Source: an uncultured Clostridia bacterium (GTDB taxonomy: Bacteria; Bacillota; Clostridia; Christensenellales; CAG-917). Taken from it: DNA of 64,000 nt. The notes under the pieces are model-generated. The model was not told the origin of the DNA, searched no databases, and saw only the letters and a program-made list of their open reading frames with translations. Each line of letters starts with the position of its first letter. The stretch's first letter is position 1. The stretch is from assembly GCA_947382865.1 (NCBI GenBank), contig CANDBF010000001.1, forward strand, positions 9,543 through 73,542, given 5' to 3'. A program made the translations under genes and the position numbers. This document shows positions 62,458 to 64,000 of this stretch, piece by piece.

Positions 62458-63375
62458 TCAAGCCTGCCGTAGGTCTTTCCCGCTCAGTTTGAAGAAACGC
62501 GAATGACGTTTGTCGCCGAGGCGCGAATAGATACGTTCAAAATAACGCGACATAATTCCGTCCTCGTCGAGGTTGGTCGTTATGAGCGTACACAGCTCCG
62601 CGTTGAGCCTTTCTTCGAGAGTGAGCAACAGATACTCTATTGTGACGTTTTTGAGTATGGGCTCCGTGCCGAGGTCGTCTATGACGAGCAAATCCGCCGT
62701 GAGTACGTCGTGCAGACGTTCGGAGCGTTCGGATATGGGAGAGGTGTGGCAGGCGAGCATTTCGTTGTTAAATTCGTACGCAGACATAAACTTACAGCTT
62801 TTGCCGCGTTCAACCGCGGCGCGCGCTACTGCGGAGGCAAGACAGGTCTTGCCCGAGCCGACCGTGCCGGACAAAACGATATTCTTATAATTTACGTCTG
62901 GGAGCTTGTCGGCGTATGCGCTCATATGCTTGTACAGCCTTTCTAAGGTCGCGCGCTGCGCCTCTTCGCTTATAACGGAGGTATCGCAATCCTCAAAGGT
63001 GAACGGCGCTTTTGCGAGGATATTGCACTCATCTTTAAGACAGCTTATATATTCCTCCCAAACGCAGTCGCAGGCTCTGCCGTTCACGCTTCCCCTGTCC
63101 TTACAGACGGGGCAGAGCGGAGTATACTCGAACTCACTTTCCGAATATCCGTACTTTGATAGAGCGGATAAGTATTTGTCGCGTGCGGCGGTCACTTCGT
63201 CGGGATTTTTGCCGTTTAGGATATTGTTGAATTTTTTGTCTACGTATAAGGTATGCGCGGCAGAAATTTCGGGAATCGAAAGCGCGGCGGAGAGTTTATT
63301 TTCCGCTTCGCGTTCTGCCGCGTCTATTCTCGCACGCCTTTTGGTCATCGCAACGTTTATGGCTCTTTCTTTCAT
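62458..63375 (-). CDS. DnaI/DnaC-like helicase loader ATPase (IstB-like AAA+) with N-terminal zinc-ribbon-like motif
   Basis: CPVCKDRGSVNGRACDC, LSGTVGSGKTCLASAV (Walker A), and LLVIDDLGTEP (Walker B). ATG 63375 follows a GAGGA Shine-Dalgarno; the ORF track extends to 63411. Confidence 0.65.
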   Translation of the reverse strand: MKERAINVAMTKRRARIDAAEREAENKLSAALSIPEISAAHTLYVDKKFNNILNGKNPDEVTAARDKYLSALSKYGYSESEFEYTPLCPVCKDRGSVNGRACDCVWEEYISCLKDECNILAKAPFTFEDCDTSVISEEAQRATLERLYKHMSAYADKLPDVNYKNIVLSGTVGSGKTCLASAVARAAVERGKSCKFMSAYEFNNEMLACHTSPISERSERLHDVLTADLLVIDDLGTEPILKNVTIEYLLLTLEERLNAELCTLITTNLDEDGIMSRYFERIYSRLGDKRHSRFFKLSGKDLRQA

Positions 63376-63382
63376 ATTATCC

Positions 63383-64000
63383 TCATAAATCCGTGTCGCT
63401 GAGGCTGTCAATGCTTGTCACAATCGAGTGCAGCTCCTCCGCCGTATACTCGTGCTGTTTGAAATTTGGCTTGCGCTCTTTTTCATAATTCGATGGCGCG
63501 GGCAGCTTCTTTACCTGCTCGACCGTGGTTGCTCCCGCGGATTTATAGTTTGACAGAAGCTGATTGATATAAGGCACGGGATACGTCCTGAACGCGGACT
63601 GCTCCGCGGCGTAGAGTATAACGTCGTCGTCGAAGCCCCAGCTCACCGTCCACGTGCGATAGTAGTCGCGGTCGGAGGGCGTCACGCTGCGCGAACGTCC
63701 GCTTTTTTCTATTATCTTCTTAATTTTCGAGTCCTGCTCGATTTGCAGGCGCAGATACTCTTCGATGCTGTCTGCGCTCAGTCTGCCCAGAGAGTAGAAT
63801 TTGTTCACTACGTTGTTCATTCCCTCAAGCGTGCGGATATTTGTGACAAAGCAGTGGTGCGCCAGCTTGACGAGCGCTTCGTCGTCGAAGCCCTTTGACG
63901 TCCATGGCACGATATAAATCTCGATTTCATGCTCGAATGACTCGTAGAAAACGCCGAGGGTTTTGTTTATCGAGACCGCAAGCTCGCGCAGGTGTTCGCG
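63383..64000 (-). CDS. DnaD/DnaB_2-domain replication protein, C-terminal part (5' end outside window)
   Basis: The frame is open to the window edge (REHLRELAVSINKTLGVFYESFEHEIEIYIVPW...). LVKLAHHCFVTNIRTLEGMNNVVNKFYSLG and ILYAAEQSAFRTYPVPYINQLLSNYKSAG look like two DnaD-type repeats. The gene sits upstream of the dnaI-like gene, as in the Bacillus dnaB-dnaI arrangement. Confidence 0.55.
   Translation of the reverse strand, partial: REHLRELAVSINKTLGVFYESFEHEIEIYIVPWTSKGFDDEALVKLAHHCFVTNIRTLEGMNNVVNKFYSLGRLSADSIEEYLRLQIEQDSKIKKIIEKSGRSRSVTPSDRDYYRTWTVSWGFDDDVILYAAEQSAFRTYPVPYINQLLSNYKSAGATTVEQVKKLPAPSNYEKERKPNFKQHEYTAEELHSIVTSIDSLSDTDL

Overview
This is a 64-kb chromosomal segment from a moderately GC-rich, apparently spore-forming Firmicute that looks Clostridia-like. 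Markers for that call are spoVG, a SpoVB-type flippase, a SpoIVFB-type M50 protease, a DUF421/DUF4363 pair, Rex and a SCIFF peptide cassette. Spot counts give about 55% G+C. Most of the window is densely packed housekeeping genes:
- murC.
- A reduced maf / mreB-like / minD / minE / M50 protease cluster.
- ppx, glucokinase, a radical-SAM pair followed by RNase G, glyQS, coaX, hom, malQ, holA, cdaA and aspartate kinase.
- An xpt plus BMP-type nucleoside ABC operon, a polar amino-acid ABC operon, and a dnaD-like / dnaI-like pair.

I saw no rRNA, tRNA, CRISPR array, transposase or integrase. Five things stand out:
1. A self-contained 69-aa gene at 39162-39371 (minus strand) encodes a micro-protein that is 43% Cys plus Gly, with two ultra-hydrophobic 8-residue cores. 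I cannot place it in any family.
2. An AT-rich island (about 28.8-32.03 kb) ends inside a 1014-aa secreted protein. That protein combines a pro-region, a papain-fold Cys-peptidase-like core, 9 BspA-type LRRs, a Flg_new-like repeat, a non-splicing Hint module and an unknown 84-aa tail. It is co-transcribed with a lipoprotein that has a decayed tandem paralog.
3. A complete SCIFF precursor and radical-SAM maturase cassette with its own promoter and an intercistronic hairpin.
4. A 1457-aa doubly anchored surface protein with five CBM-like modules.
5. Large insertions at the equivalent structural site in all three ABC nucleotide-binding domains in the window.

Several intergenic palindromes and motif arrays, and a phage-type gene relic, are also reported. 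All functional calls rest on motifs read by eye. No database search was run.
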